Origin: Candidatus Latescibacterota bacterium
Lineage (GTDB): Bacteria > Latescibacterota > UBA2968 > GCA-2709665
Assembly: GCA_965237675.1 (NCBI GenBank)
Contig: OZ250150.1
Coordinates: forward strand, 1,440,001 to 1,504,000
Direction: 5' to 3'
DNA length: 64,000 bases
The position numbers were made by a program, and so were the translations under genes. The notes under the pieces were generated by a model, which searched no databases, was not told the DNA's origin, and worked only from the letters and a program-made list of their open reading frames with translations. Positions 1-11,200 of the stretch are shown one piece after another; the first letter of the stretch is position 1; the number at the start of each line of letters is the position of its first letter.

Positions 1-135
1 AGGAATTTCAGGTAATGCCGGCATTTCGTTGCTGGCGTCCGACCCTTCCTCTCCCTTCTCGCCAGGAGGAATTCGACGCTCGGAGCGCATACGGTCCGTC
101 TCAGCACAGGAACGTTATTTGTTAAGGGGCGATAC

Positions 136-417
136 TTGAAAAAGGTAATTGCCGCAGCTGTACTGGGCTGCCTGCTGGGTGTTGTGGATCAGGCTCTTGC
201 CGGAGAATTCACGATCTACGGATTCGTCCGTTTCGACGCCGTTATCGACGATTCCAGGATGCAAAGTCACCAGTTCGGTTTCTGGGTAAAGCCGGAGCCG
301 CCTGACGCCGAAGACGATGGCAATTTGACCATGTACCCGCGTCTCACCCGCCTGGGGCGCCCCACGCTGGCGAGCACGTTACACCGATATGGGATTCCGG
401 TACATGAGAAGATGTGA
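136..417 (+). pseudogene. N-terminal fragment of a secreted outer-membrane porin-like protein (DcaP-like)
   Basis: Signal peptide followed by FTIYGFVRFDAVID and TRLG, typical of the first beta strands of DcaP-type porins; the ORF then degenerates and stops at 93 aa. Confidence 0.5.
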
Positions 418-605
418 ACGCGATCGAGCGTCGACCGGCGTATGGCGATGCCGGCGCGTAACGTGGATGTACAGTGCATTGTCGTAAACGTAATATCGAA
501 GGATCCATATTCCTTGAGTTGAAACATCACGGACCGAAACCCGAAATCTCAAAATCAGACCTGCGGAATACCACCCCCTGAATGTTCGGCCTTACAATCC
601 CCGTA

Positions 606-1388
606 CTATTTTTCCTCTCCGATAGCAACAAGAATCTCGCGGCCGTTCAGCGCCTGTACCGGCCGGTTATTTTTGTGAACAATTGCTTCGAATGCGGCAA
701 TCTGCGCCTCTGAGATTTCAATGGGCGTTGCCAGCACGAACCACCTGACCCCCTCAGAGCAGGGTGGGGTCGTCAGGGAACCTTCGTATCGATAGGCGCG
801 CCCGTCCCGCGGAAGCCAATCGCCGGGGTTAACGGAGACACCTTCGATGCGTTTCATTTCGCCCGGCGCGCGCGGCAAATGCTCCGACACAAGATTGAAT
901 GCGACGTGGTGGCTTCCCCGCTCGATCAGCACACCAATTACGTGCAACGCGCCGTCCTCGTTTCGGTGAACGAGGTGCATCTCCATGTCAAATGACTTGC
1001 CGTCCATCGTATGTTCGGATGGCGCATGGAAATGGCACTGTAGCAGGTTGTATTTATTACCGGCAATCTCGATCCAGTTCTCCCCGGTGAATGCCATTTT
1101 TATGGTGTGGCCGTTATTGCGGATATTCAGGGCCGTTGGCTGGTAGTTGAAGACGATGGCAGGAAGTCTTGCCGGCGTCGGGTTCCGGAGGTCAATGGGG
1201 GATTGGCCCGACCCTTCGGCGCAAAGCGCATATTTCCGGCTCAGCCGGCCCCAGGAGTCCGGTCCGTTCTCGGCATCGTACCCCCACGCAACCTTATCCA
1301 ATCAGGATGGCGAATCCTCCGGCTCTGAACAGGCAATCATCAAAATACACACTATACACATCAAGATGGTAGGTTTGATAACTGTCAT
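606..1388 (-). pseudogene. Alpha-class carbonic anhydrase lipoprotein interrupted by an in-frame TGA at 1302-1304
   Basis: Motifs QSPIDL, NNGHT, HFHAPSEH, EMHLVH, GSLTTPPCSEGV, NNRPVQ. The upstream in-frame segment MTVIKPTILMCIVCILMIAC is a lipoprotein-like signal separated by TGA. The catalytic domain could still be made from TTG at 1301. Confidence 0.85.
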
Positions 1389-1624
1389 GTTTTTGCGTTC
1401 TCTAGGAGTCTGCGCCGCAGGAAAATTCATTTCAATGGACAGGTAATGGTAGGTATAATGGGTCGTGTCGTTCAGAAATGTCAAGCAGGAATAGGGTTGT
1501 GAGTTGTGTCAACGGGGGGAGCTATCGATGCCAACGACCTTTCGTGCGTATCACCCGGACCAGATATTGCTGTTGGTCTGGCGCCTGTAGTCGGGTTGTT
1601 ACGCGGATCGACCGGGAGAGATAA

Positions 1625-3367
1625 ATGCCTTCGGAAAAAACCCGTACAAACGAAACCATCCGGTACGAGCCGGACGAGCGGCCCCCCCACTCAGTCGCCG
1701 CTGCGGTCGGCTTTCAGGCCGCCGTTGTGGTCCTGGCGCCGGTTGTGCTCAGCGCGGTGATTATTGGCCGGGCGGCCAATCAACCGGAAAGCTATCTGAA
1801 CTGGATCGCCTTCGCGGCACTGGTGGTCAGTGGCGTGAGTACGGTTCTGCAAGCGGCCAGGGTTGGACGTATAGGGGCCGGGCACGTACTCATCATGGGC
1901 ACCTCGGGCGCCTTCATCGCGGTGTGCATCACGGCCCTGGTGAAGGGTGGGCCGGCCCTGATGGCGAGCCTGATCGTTGTTTCCTCGCTGTTTCAGTTCG
2001 CGCTGGCCGCGCGGCTTTCACTTCTGCGCAGGATTATCACGCCGGTCGTTTCCGGAACGGTGATTATGCTGATCGCCGTTACCGTGATGCCGATTGTTTT
2101 CGGATTGTTGACGGATGTGCCGGAGGGAACGCCTGTGGCCGCGCCGCCGGCCGCGGCCGGCGCGACGTTTGTTACCCTTGTCGTGCTGGCGTTACGCGCT
2201 CCTGCAGCCTGGCGGCTGTGGGCGCCGCTGATCGGGATTGTGGTGGGTTGCGCGGTGTCCGCAGCCTTCGGGCTGTACGACATTCGTCCCGTTTTGGAGG
2301 CTTCCTGGATCGGTCTTCCCAATTACGGCTGGCCGGGATTGGATCTCACTTTCAGCGCTGAGTTCTGGGCGTTGCTGCCGGCATTTGTGGTGGTTACGAT
2401 CGTCGGGGCGATCGAGACCGTTGGCGATGGTGTTGCCATTCAACGGGTCTCGCGCCGCCGGCCGCGGGCAACCGACTTCCGCCTGGTGCAGGGCGCCCTC
2501 AACGCCGACGGGATGGGCAACCTCCTTTCCGGTCTTTTCGGGACGCCCCCCAATACGACCTATTCCACCAGCATATCGCTTGCCGAACTCACCGGGGTCG
2601 CGGCGCGCCGCGTCGGGGTATATATCGGGATCCTATTTGTATTGCTGGCCCTGTCCCCCAAGGTAACGGCCCTCGTGATTGCCATTCCCAATCCTGTGGG
2701 CGCGGCCTATGTTACCGTCTTGATCGGTCTGTTGTTTGTGCAGGGGATGAAGCTGATTGTGGAGGATGGCATCGATCACCGGAAGGCCACAGTGGTGGGG
2801 CTGTCATTCTGGCTGGGTGTGGGTTTTCAGAGTCAGGTGATCTTCCCCGACTTGCTTGGCGGGACGTGGGGCATGTTGCTCGGCAACGGGATGACCGCAG
2901 GCGGTCTTGCAGCAATCCTTCTGACCGCGTTCATGGTACTGACGGCCCGACGGCGGAAGCGTCTGGAGGTCGAGTTGGCTACCGCCTCGCTGCCCGGGAT
3001 CGACGAGTTCCTCCGCAAGTTTGCGGCAGGTAACGGCTGGAACGACCCGGAAACCGGGCGGCTGTGCGCCGCGGGGGAAGAAACCCTGGCGATTCTGATA
3101 CAACAGGCGCAGGAGAGTGCGCCGGAGGGAGGACGGCTACTGGTCCTCACCGCACGGCTTATGGAAGGGACGACAGAACTGGAGTTTCTGGCCGCTCCGG
3201 CGGGAGAAAACCTCGAAGACAGGCTGGCGTATCTGAGTGAACAGCCCGAGATAATGGACGAACACGAAATCTCGTTTCGCCTGTTGCGCCATTACGCTTC
3301 GTCGGTGCGCCACCAGAAGTATCACGATATGGACATTATCACGGTGCGGGTCGAGGGTACGTCGTAG
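1625..3367 (+). CDS. NCS2 (xanthine/uracil/ascorbate) permease with a C-terminal RsbW/HATPase-like extension
   Basis: Many TM helices, N-terminal YEPDERPP, ETVGD, ADGMGN, NTTYS..LTGVAARRV signature region, plus a ~135 aa soluble C-terminal domain. Confidence 0.88.
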   Translation: MPSEKTRTNETIRYEPDERPPHSVAAAVGFQAAVVVLAPVVLSAVIIGRAANQPESYLNWIAFAALVVSGVSTVLQAARVGRIGAGHVLIMGTSGAFIAVCITALVKGGPALMASLIVVSSLFQFALAARLSLLRRIITPVVSGTVIMLIAVTVMPIVFGLLTDVPEGTPVAAPPAAAGATFVTLVVLALRAPAAWRLWAPLIGIVVGCAVSAAFGLYDIRPVLEASWIGLPNYGWPGLDLTFSAEFWALLPAFVVVTIVGAIETVGDGVAIQRVSRRRPRATDFRLVQGALNADGMGNLLSGLFGTPPNTTYSTSISLAELTGVAARRVGVYIGILFVLLALSPKVTALVIAIPNPVGAAYVTVLIGLLFVQGMKLIVEDGIDHRKATVVGLSFWLGVGFQSQVIFPDLLGGTWGMLLGNGMTAGGLAAILLTAFMVLTARRRKRLEVELATASLPGIDEFLRKFAAGNGWNDPETGRLCAAGEETLAILIQQAQESAPEGGRLLVLTARLMEGTTELEFLAAPAGENLEDRLAYLSEQPEIMDEHEISFRLLRHYASSVRHQKYHDMDIITVRVEGTS

Positions 3368-3442
3368 TTGAACGCCTGGCAGGGACAGGCTTTTTGTCAA
3401 TCGCCGGCCGAGGATCGACGTGTGAAGCCGGCGCGATTCGAC

Positions 3443-4099
3443 CTAGTAAGGCCTCATCTGGACGGCCAGGGCGAGCGAAAGTTCGATTTCCGTGATTGCC
3501 CGGAACGTAGCCTGGCCGATCAGGTCGAGCCGCCGCACCTGGTTAATTCGCGGGGCAACGCGCGCGAGTTCGCGGGAAGACAGGATCTGGTTGAACAGGT
3601 TACAGGCGTGCGCCAGACTGATGATCACCACGTCGCGCGGGTCGGGTATCTCATCGCTGAACAGGATTTCCATAATCCTGAGCTTGACCTCCCGTTCAGC
3701 CTGGTCGTCGATGACGGGATAGCGCCTCGTCCGGAAAACCCACATGAACCGGTCGTCCCGACGTTCAAGGACGCCTCGCTCTACCAGCCGGTCGAGCGAT
3801 CCTTCGCGAATGCGCTCCGCGCTGCGAATGGCGGTGCGTTCCACCCAGAAACGCGCGTCGTGCGTTTCGGTTGCCCGCGATATGTCGGCAAGCGTCGGAT
3901 CGAGAAGGTTGTCCTGAACGGGTGTCGAATCCACGAGGACAAGCTGCTTCGGATCGGTGTCGATACGGTTCTCCATCGCCAGGTCCATCAGCACCCCGCC
4001 GGCAAGCGCATACCGCAACGACGGGTCCGGCACCCGGGCGAATTTCCCGTTCTCGTCGTCGAGAATGAGGAGCATGAGTTCTTCGGGGAATCTCAGCAT
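3443..4099 (-). CDS. GPP34/GOLPH3-Vps74 family protein
   Basis: EELMLLILDDENG, LAGGVLMDLAMENRI, LVERGVL, FMWVFRTRRYP pattern; ATG at 4099 preceded by GAAAGGAAAGG. Confidence 0.8.
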   Translation of the reverse strand: MLRFPEELMLLILDDENGKFARVPDPSLRYALAGGVLMDLAMENRIDTDPKQLVLVDSTPVQDNLLDPTLADISRATETHDARFWVERTAIRSAERIREGSLDRLVERGVLERRDDRFMWVFRTRRYPVIDDQAEREVKLRIMEILFSDEIPDPRDVVIISLAHACNLFNQILSSRELARVAPRINQVRRLDLIGQATFRAITEIELSLALAVQMRPY

Positions 4100-4336
4100 T
4101 GACCTTTCCTTTCGTGTAATCGGGCTAATATCATGATACGGCATGTTCGGCTTCAGTCAAGCCCGGCTGCCGTTTTACGGCGACAGGAAGGCGGCGCGAA
4201 GTCATTGCACCCCGACAAGGGTGAGCAGAGACATGAACGGGTTTGATGAAAACCGGGAGGGGCCTCGCGTTCCGGAATTCACCTGTACCGCACGTCAATC
4301 CATTAATGTGTCCCAACGCCACTGAGAATCGGAGGC

Positions 4337-4564
4337 ATCGATTTCTCCGAAGCCACCTATCTCGATGACAGCGCGGCCGTGGTAATAGGGGAACTCATGG
4401 ATCTCGCCGAAAGCGAACAGACCGAATGCATCGTGATGGGACTGTCCGGTCTGACGGCGAGAACGCTAAATACACTCGGCATCCTGCAGCATGTTCCGAA
4501 GCGTCGCATTGTCGAAACACTCGATGACGCACGACAGGCCGCAAGAGGGATCCTTGGCGCATAG
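4337..4564 (+). pseudogene. Orphan STAS-domain fragment (SulP C-terminus-like)
   Basis: IDFSEATYLDDSAAVVIGELM in frame with ORF 4379..4564; no upstream transporter body. Confidence 0.6.
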
Positions 4565-4632
4565 AACGAAATTTCGGGAATCGCTACCGAAAACTTCCGT
4601 GACTACGATCCGTCGGCGCAGACAATCGATAT

Positions 4633-5268
4633 TCAGTCGAGACGGAGCGCGCCATGCGTCCCGGTTTTTTTATCCATGCGCCTTGCACAGAAGTATCCCC
4701 CGGTGCGCAATGATCGCAGGCCGCTGCGCCAACTCCCGGCGAAACCGCCTCTGTAGATCGCATGTACTTCTAGCACGGTAAAGGCCCCGTCGAAGAGCAT
4801 TGAATCCCGCCGATTGGCGTCCGCGCCGAGGCGCAGCAGGATGCGGCGCTTGCCGTCGTGGAGGCTTTCAAGAACGAGCACGCCAGGGGCCTCCGGATCC
4901 GTGCTGGCGGGATCACCGACCCGGTGCGCGCCCACGGCGCGGAGGTCGACGTCGGTAAAACCGTACAGAGGAGTCGACGCTGTTTTCAGCATCTCGAATC
5001 CCGGAGGCTGGCGGCGCAGGTTGAGAACGCCCTGTGCCCGACGAGCGTCGGCACCGTCGACCACCTGTATAAGGGTAAGGATATAGGTACCTTCCCGGCC
5101 GGCCAACGTCGCTCGGGCATTCAGGCGCCTGGAGGCGGGTTTGCAGAAAGGCGTCTGCGCCGCCGATTCAGAGAGTGCCTGTTTCCGCGGCCGCTCCACG
5201 GACAGGCACACGGTAAACAGAGCCAGAATGGCCATTGGTACGACTACAGTCCTGTTCAGTCTTGTCAT
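4633..5268 (-). CDS. Hypothetical exported protein
   Basis: N-terminal hydrophobic segment; start overlaps the stop of the giant surface gene (ATGA), suggesting translational coupling. Confidence 0.6.
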   Translation of the reverse strand: MTRLNRTVVVPMAILALFTVCLSVERPRKQALSESAAQTPFCKPASRRLNARATLAGREGTYILTLIQVVDGADARRAQGVLNLRRQPPGFEMLKTASTPLYGFTDVDLRAVGAHRVGDPASTDPEAPGVLVLESLHDGKRRILLRLGADANRRDSMLFDGAFTVLEVHAIYRGGFAGSWRSGLRSLRTGGYFCARRMDKKTGTHGALRLD

Positions 5269-8200
5269 TCGCTCTCCGAGACTCTGCGCAGATTCAGGAT
5301 GACGGGCCCAGGCCTATCGGGTCCGGCCTCGGGGTGCGTTATAACACAGTTGAGCAGGATCAGACCTTCAGATCCGGTTGCAATCTTGGAAGACGACGTG
5401 GAAGGCAACGTGTAGGCGTCCGCCTGTGTCGCGTCCACGGTGTAGCCTATATCGGCCAGCGACTGGATCGTGATCGCGCTGAGCGGATGCCGAACGACGT
5501 CTCCCACCCTGGGCGTCATCAGTTCGCTCTGCATCACCGATTCCCGCCAGTGGCCGTCCTGGCTGCCCGATCCGCCCCAGGTGTTCTCCACGGGCACCTT
5601 CGCGCCCATGTAGCTGGACCCGCCCGCGGCATTGAAAGCGGCAATTGCGTTCGCGCCCGAGAAATACGTATCCGGGGCGGGGACAATCGGATCGTCGTTC
5701 ATATCGAGGGAGGGGTCCTTCAACAGGTTGTGATCTATCCACGGTCCCAGACCGAATCCCAATGTGTGGCCCAATTCATGCAGGGCGAGGACTTCCAGTT
5801 CGTTGTTCGACATCGTCCTCAGGTCGTCCCGGTCGAGTGCGATTCCGGATGCGATCGGCAAAGAGGAAGGAACCCGCCAGACCAGGCGCCACGCCTGTCC
5901 GAGCGTGCCTCCGAAGCCGTCAATTTCGGTGACTTCTACGTAGACCAGGAGGTCATCAACAACCTCGGGGGCGGTGGTCCCCGGATAAAGCCCGTCAAGC
6001 AGACTGCGCCCTCTGGCTGACAGGCGGTGGTTGGGGATGTCCTGGGCGATAATACGCTCCCAACGCGCGACGGCATTCTCAAAGGCCAACTGAACCCTCC
6101 TGGCCGGTGTGCCGCCGGCGTAGACGAGGTCAATATTGAACGCGGGGGTCCCCGGTATCGTCGCCTCGGCTGCCGCGGAGCGTACGCCCGTCAGGCTGCC
6201 GCCGCAGGCCGCCCCGAGGTATCCGTAATCCGCCTCGTATGTGTTACCGGGCACGAAGAAATCGGAGACCAGGTCCTGCACCGTTAATGTGACGGAACTG
6301 GCGGTATTCTCATCGTTGGTTGCCGTGAGGCACCCTGTCGCCCACTGCCCGATTGGCTCCTCTTGCCGAATTCTGACCTCGTAGGCCCGGGTTTCATTAG
6401 CGGCGAAGTTATCAATGAATACGAGGGTGAAGAGATTTCCAGTGATGCTCAGGGTGGGCGCCGAGAGGGTCGGCGACTGGATATTGACGTCGAACGATTC
6501 CGTGGCGGATGCGCCCCATGGATCGCTCGCCGTTACTGTAATCCTCGCGCTGCCCACCGTGAGGGGATCGACCAATACCTCCGCATCGATCACCTGAACG
6601 GACGCGGCGGACGAGTTGCTCGAAGAAGCCGTGTAAGTCAGTCTGTCAAAGTCTGGGTCGCCGAAGACGTCGTCCGCGGACACGATCTCAACGACGCCCC
6701 CAACCGGGAGGGTCAGGTCGTCGAAGGCGCCGTCGGCAACCGGTGACTGATTGGGGATCGCTGCCTCGGCCGACGGAGACCACTCGCTCTCCCCTTCGTC
6801 GTTCTTCGCACGCACCTGCACTTCGTACGTTGCGTCTCTGTCCAGGCCCGTGATTTCCGTCTTCCAGTCCGGTTGAGTCCAGTCCGGCTCCGGGTCCGGG
6901 CTATGGGTTGTAAAATCGCCGGTATTCCCTATGCGATACTGGACATCCCAGTTGGTTATTGCCGGGCCGGTATTCGTCGGTTGTCGCCGGCCGGGGCTAA
7001 CCCCGATCCTGCGGTAAGATGCGTATGAGAGATCCAATATGGGCGCGGGAGGCCGTCCCGGCGGTTCGTCATCGTCGGTAACGGACACCTGGATCGTCTG
7101 TCGGGCGGTCCGTTTCCGAACTTCGATGCCGCTCTTCGCCGTGACCGCGACGACATACGTATTGCTGCTCACGGATGGACGTTCGAAATCGGGGGCGGTT
7201 ACGAAGGTCAGTACGCCATCGCCCGTGACTGCAAAATGCGTCTGTTGGGCGCCGCCGGTAATCTCGTAGCCGGTGATGTAGTCTCTGTCATCATCATCCG
7301 TGGCTATGACCGTGGCCACGCCGGTTTCATTTTCCTTTACGTCATACCTGCTGGCGCTGGTAAAGGTTGGCAACTGGTTGCCCGTGGCGTCGTCGATGAA
7401 CGTCACGTCCACGTCGTCGGCCGACACGTTCTGGTAGTCTCCGCCGCTGACCATGTGACTCAACGTGACCATATCGCTCGTCACCGCGCCGGTATCCGCG
7501 ATCACGGTCACCGTTTGGGACATGTCGTAGGTGTCGGCCGCGAACATCCGTTCCATGGGGTTCACCGAAACGTCGGAGCCCGCGGGCACATCCACCGTGA
7601 CCGTCACGTCCATCGTCGGCCGGGAGTTCAGAGCCATCGTATAGGTATTGCTGTCGCCCACGGCTACGGATAGCGCCGTCGGGTATATATTCACTTCCGG
7701 CAGCCCCGGGATGACTTCGAGCGGCAGGTCGTCGGACTTGACCAGCGCGTATCCATTGTCGTTCCCGGGAAGGGCCGGAAACGTGCCGATGTCAACCGTG
7801 ACAGCGGCGGACGTGCCCGTCGTACGGGTTAAAATGAGTATGTTGCTTTCCAGGCTGCCCTGGGAGATTTCAATGCTGCCTGCGCCGCCATCGATGGCGC
7901 CATTGACTATGTCGACTGGCAGGATCATATCAAAGGGTGCGCCGGTGTGCACTGTGGCCTTGAATAGGCCAGACCCGACCCGTTCCAGCGATACATTGAC
8001 GGGCAGAGGGTCAACCGTGTTGTTCTCAAAGTTTAGCGTTGTCAGCGAGTTGAGCCCTGAAAATATGCCATCGGGAAGGCTGCTCAGGCTGTTGTCGTCC
8101 ATCCGGAGCGTTTCCAGGTCGGTCAACCCGGAGAAGAGCCCTGCGTCCAGGCCGCTGATATCGTTGTGTTCCAGCCGTAGCGTTGTCAACGCGGTGAGGC

Positions 8201-11200
8201 CGGAGAATATATCGGCGTCCAGGCTGCTGAGTTCGTAGCCGGATTGCTGTTCGTAAAGATGGAGCGTTTCCAGCGATGACAGACCGGTAAATATATCCTC
8301 TGGCAGGCTGCTGAGTTGGTTTTTGCTCAGGTCGAGGCCTTCCAGTTTCGTCAGGTTTGAGAAGACAGTCTGCGGCAGACTGCTGAGTTCGTTGCCGTCC
8401 AGATCGAGGCCTTCCAGCGCCGAGAGGTTGGAGAATATGTTTGCGTCCAGACTGCTGAGTTGGTTTCCGTCCAGGTCGAGGCCCTCCAGTGCCGTGAGGC
8501 TGGAGAAGATATTTGCATCCAGGCTGCTGAGTTTGTTGCCGTTCAGGTCGAGGATTCTCAGCGCCGAAAGGTTGGAGAAGACACTCGCATCCAGGCTGCT
8601 GAGCTCGTTGCCGTCCAGATCGAGGCCTTCCAGCGCCGAGAGGCTGGAGAAGGTACTCGCATCCAGGCTGCTGAGTTCATTACCGTCCAGGTCGAGGATT
8701 CTCAGCGCCGCGAGGTTGGAGAAGACATTCTGCGGCAGGCTGTTGAGCTCGATGCCGTTCAGATCGAGGGCTTCCACCGCCGAGAGGTCGGAGAACAGAT
8801 CTGTATGCAGGCTGTCGAGGTGGTTGCCGTCCAGCAAAAGGATTCTCAGGTCTGACAGACTCGAAAAGAGATTCGCGTTGAGGCTCGAGAGATCGTTGTC
8901 ACGGAGGGAAAGCGTTTCCAGTGCTGACAGCGCGGAGAAGAGGTCCTGCGGCAGACTGCTGATCTGGTTGTCTCTCAAAAAGAGTGTCTCCAGAGCCGTC
9001 AGCCCTGTAAAGTCATTGGCCTTCAGCGTTGAGATGTTCTTCTCGCTCAGCGAGAGCCGGGTGATTGCCGACAAATGGTCCCCGGTTACCTCGCCGCACG
9101 TGCTTACCCCTGCCGCATCCATGATCGCGTCGCGCACCTGCTGGGTGCGGACGCAGACGTTCAAAGTCTGGTCCTGAGTGTTGTTTCTGACCGTCAGGTT
9201 TGTGAGCGCGATGGCGGGGTTCTGCGCCAGGTCTTGGATCGGATTGGTCCCCGGCGTGTAGGCCAGCGTCACCGTCTGTCCGGGCGTTACGACGGGGTCG
9301 AGGGTGAGCGCCACGTCGCTGGTGTGGATCGTAACCGCAGTGACGCCAAGTGTCGAGTCGTCCGCCGTCACGGTAAAGTCCCCCGCTGCCGGCCTGGGAT
9401 CTCCGTCGAGTCCCTCGCCGAAGGTCAGCGTCAACTCGTCTTCCTTCACTTCGGTGTCGGTAAGCGGAGGGGCAATGCCGTCGACCTTTTGGTTCGAGAC
9501 ATTGTTGCGTGCAGGGTGGGCAAGGTCTGCGTTCACGGCAACGTTGTTCTTGAGGATGTAGATGCGGCCGTTGTTCAGCTTCAGGCCGTTTTCGTTGATG
9601 GTCGCGCCGTCTTTGTCCTCGTCGGTTTCGGCTACCTTGTATTGGAACAATAGCCGGGTTGTGGTTGAGCCGCTTTCGTAGTCGGCCTTGCGCTCGGCGG
9701 TGCCAATCGTCAGGTCGACCTGGGGCGCGCCTGTGACGGTCACCGCTTCGCTGAAGGTCGCGGTCACGTCTATCACGTCGTCCCGCTTGTAGGCGCCGTT
9801 CTGCCCCGTGGCCGGCGTGGAGGTGAACGCGACGCTTGAAACGGTGGGCGCGGTGAGCGTCGTTCCGTTCGCCCGTCCGGACCTCGGTCCCTTGCCTTCA
9901 TCGTTCCTGGCCTGCACCTGGATCTGGTAGGTTCGACCCGAGCGCAGGCCGGTGATCGTGCGCGTCCGGGTCAGTCCACTGTCCGGCGAGTCGATGAACG
10001 CGCCGCTCTCGCGGTATTGCAGAAAATAGTTCGTAATGGCGGGACCGGGGTTGTCCGGCTCGACCCAACTCACCGTCAGACTGCTTTCCGTTTCGTCGCT
10101 CACCGTCGGGGGATCCGGTTCGCGCGGCGGTTCGACGTCGTCCTCCACGGTAACGGTTATGGACTGCGTTGCCGTCAGCTCCCTTGTATCCGCCCCGCCC
10201 GTCACCTCAACCACAACGATGTATTCGTTGTTCCCTCCGGAGTCCGCCGGCCGCTCGAAGTCAGGTTTATTCTTGAAGTGCAACTCCCTGGTGTTCTCGA
10301 TCTCGAACCGATCTCCGTCAAGCCCGGCGTTGACCTCGTAGCCCGTGATCCCGTCGTCTCTATCCACGTCGTCCGCGGCCATCCTGGCTGCCAGAAGGAC
10401 GTTTTCCGTAACCGTGAAGGTATCCACACTGGTGAAACGGGGCGGTTCGTTCTCGTCCGTGACGGTGACGGTAAAGTTCTGCTCGGCGGTCAGCGCGCCT
10501 GTGCCGTTGATGTCGAACTTGCCGCGGTCGCCGCCTCCGGTAAGGGTGTAATCCGTGATGGCGTCGTCGCGGTCGAGGTCCTCGGCGGCGACCGTTCCGG
10601 CGAAGGACTGGTTCTCCGACGCCTCGAGCGTCGCCTCGCTGGTAAACGCGGGAACTTCGTTCACGTCGGTCAGGTCGATGGACACGGGGATGCTGCGGTC
10701 GCCGCCGTGTCCGTCTGTTGCTTTCACTTTTACGGAAAAGCTGGACTGTGTCTCATAGTCATATGTCTTCCCCGTCCGGGTGCGCAACTGCCCGCTGCGC
10801 GTGTCGATGGAGAAGGAATCCGGGTGCGTGCCTTCAAGGGCGTAGGTCAGCGTTGTGTTCTCCGGGTCGGTGGCGCCCACCGGATCGCCGACATTATGCA
10901 CGCCCGTGGTGTTCTCGGCCAGCGCGCGCGTGGCGCTGGATCCATCGGTGAATATCGGCAGCTGATTCGGGTTGGTTCTTCCCTCGCCGGACTCCGACCA
11001 CGAACTCGCGCCTTCGTCGTTGCGCGCCAGCACCTGCACCTGGTGGGTGGTGTCCGGTGTCAGGCCCGTGATGGTCGTCGTACGTTCCGCGCTGTTGAAG
11101 CGCCACGAGGTGAACCCGCCGGTGTCTCCTTCCCGGTATTGGACGTCGTAGTCGCTGATGTCCGGACCGGTGTTGACCGGCTCGTTCCATGTCACGTCCA

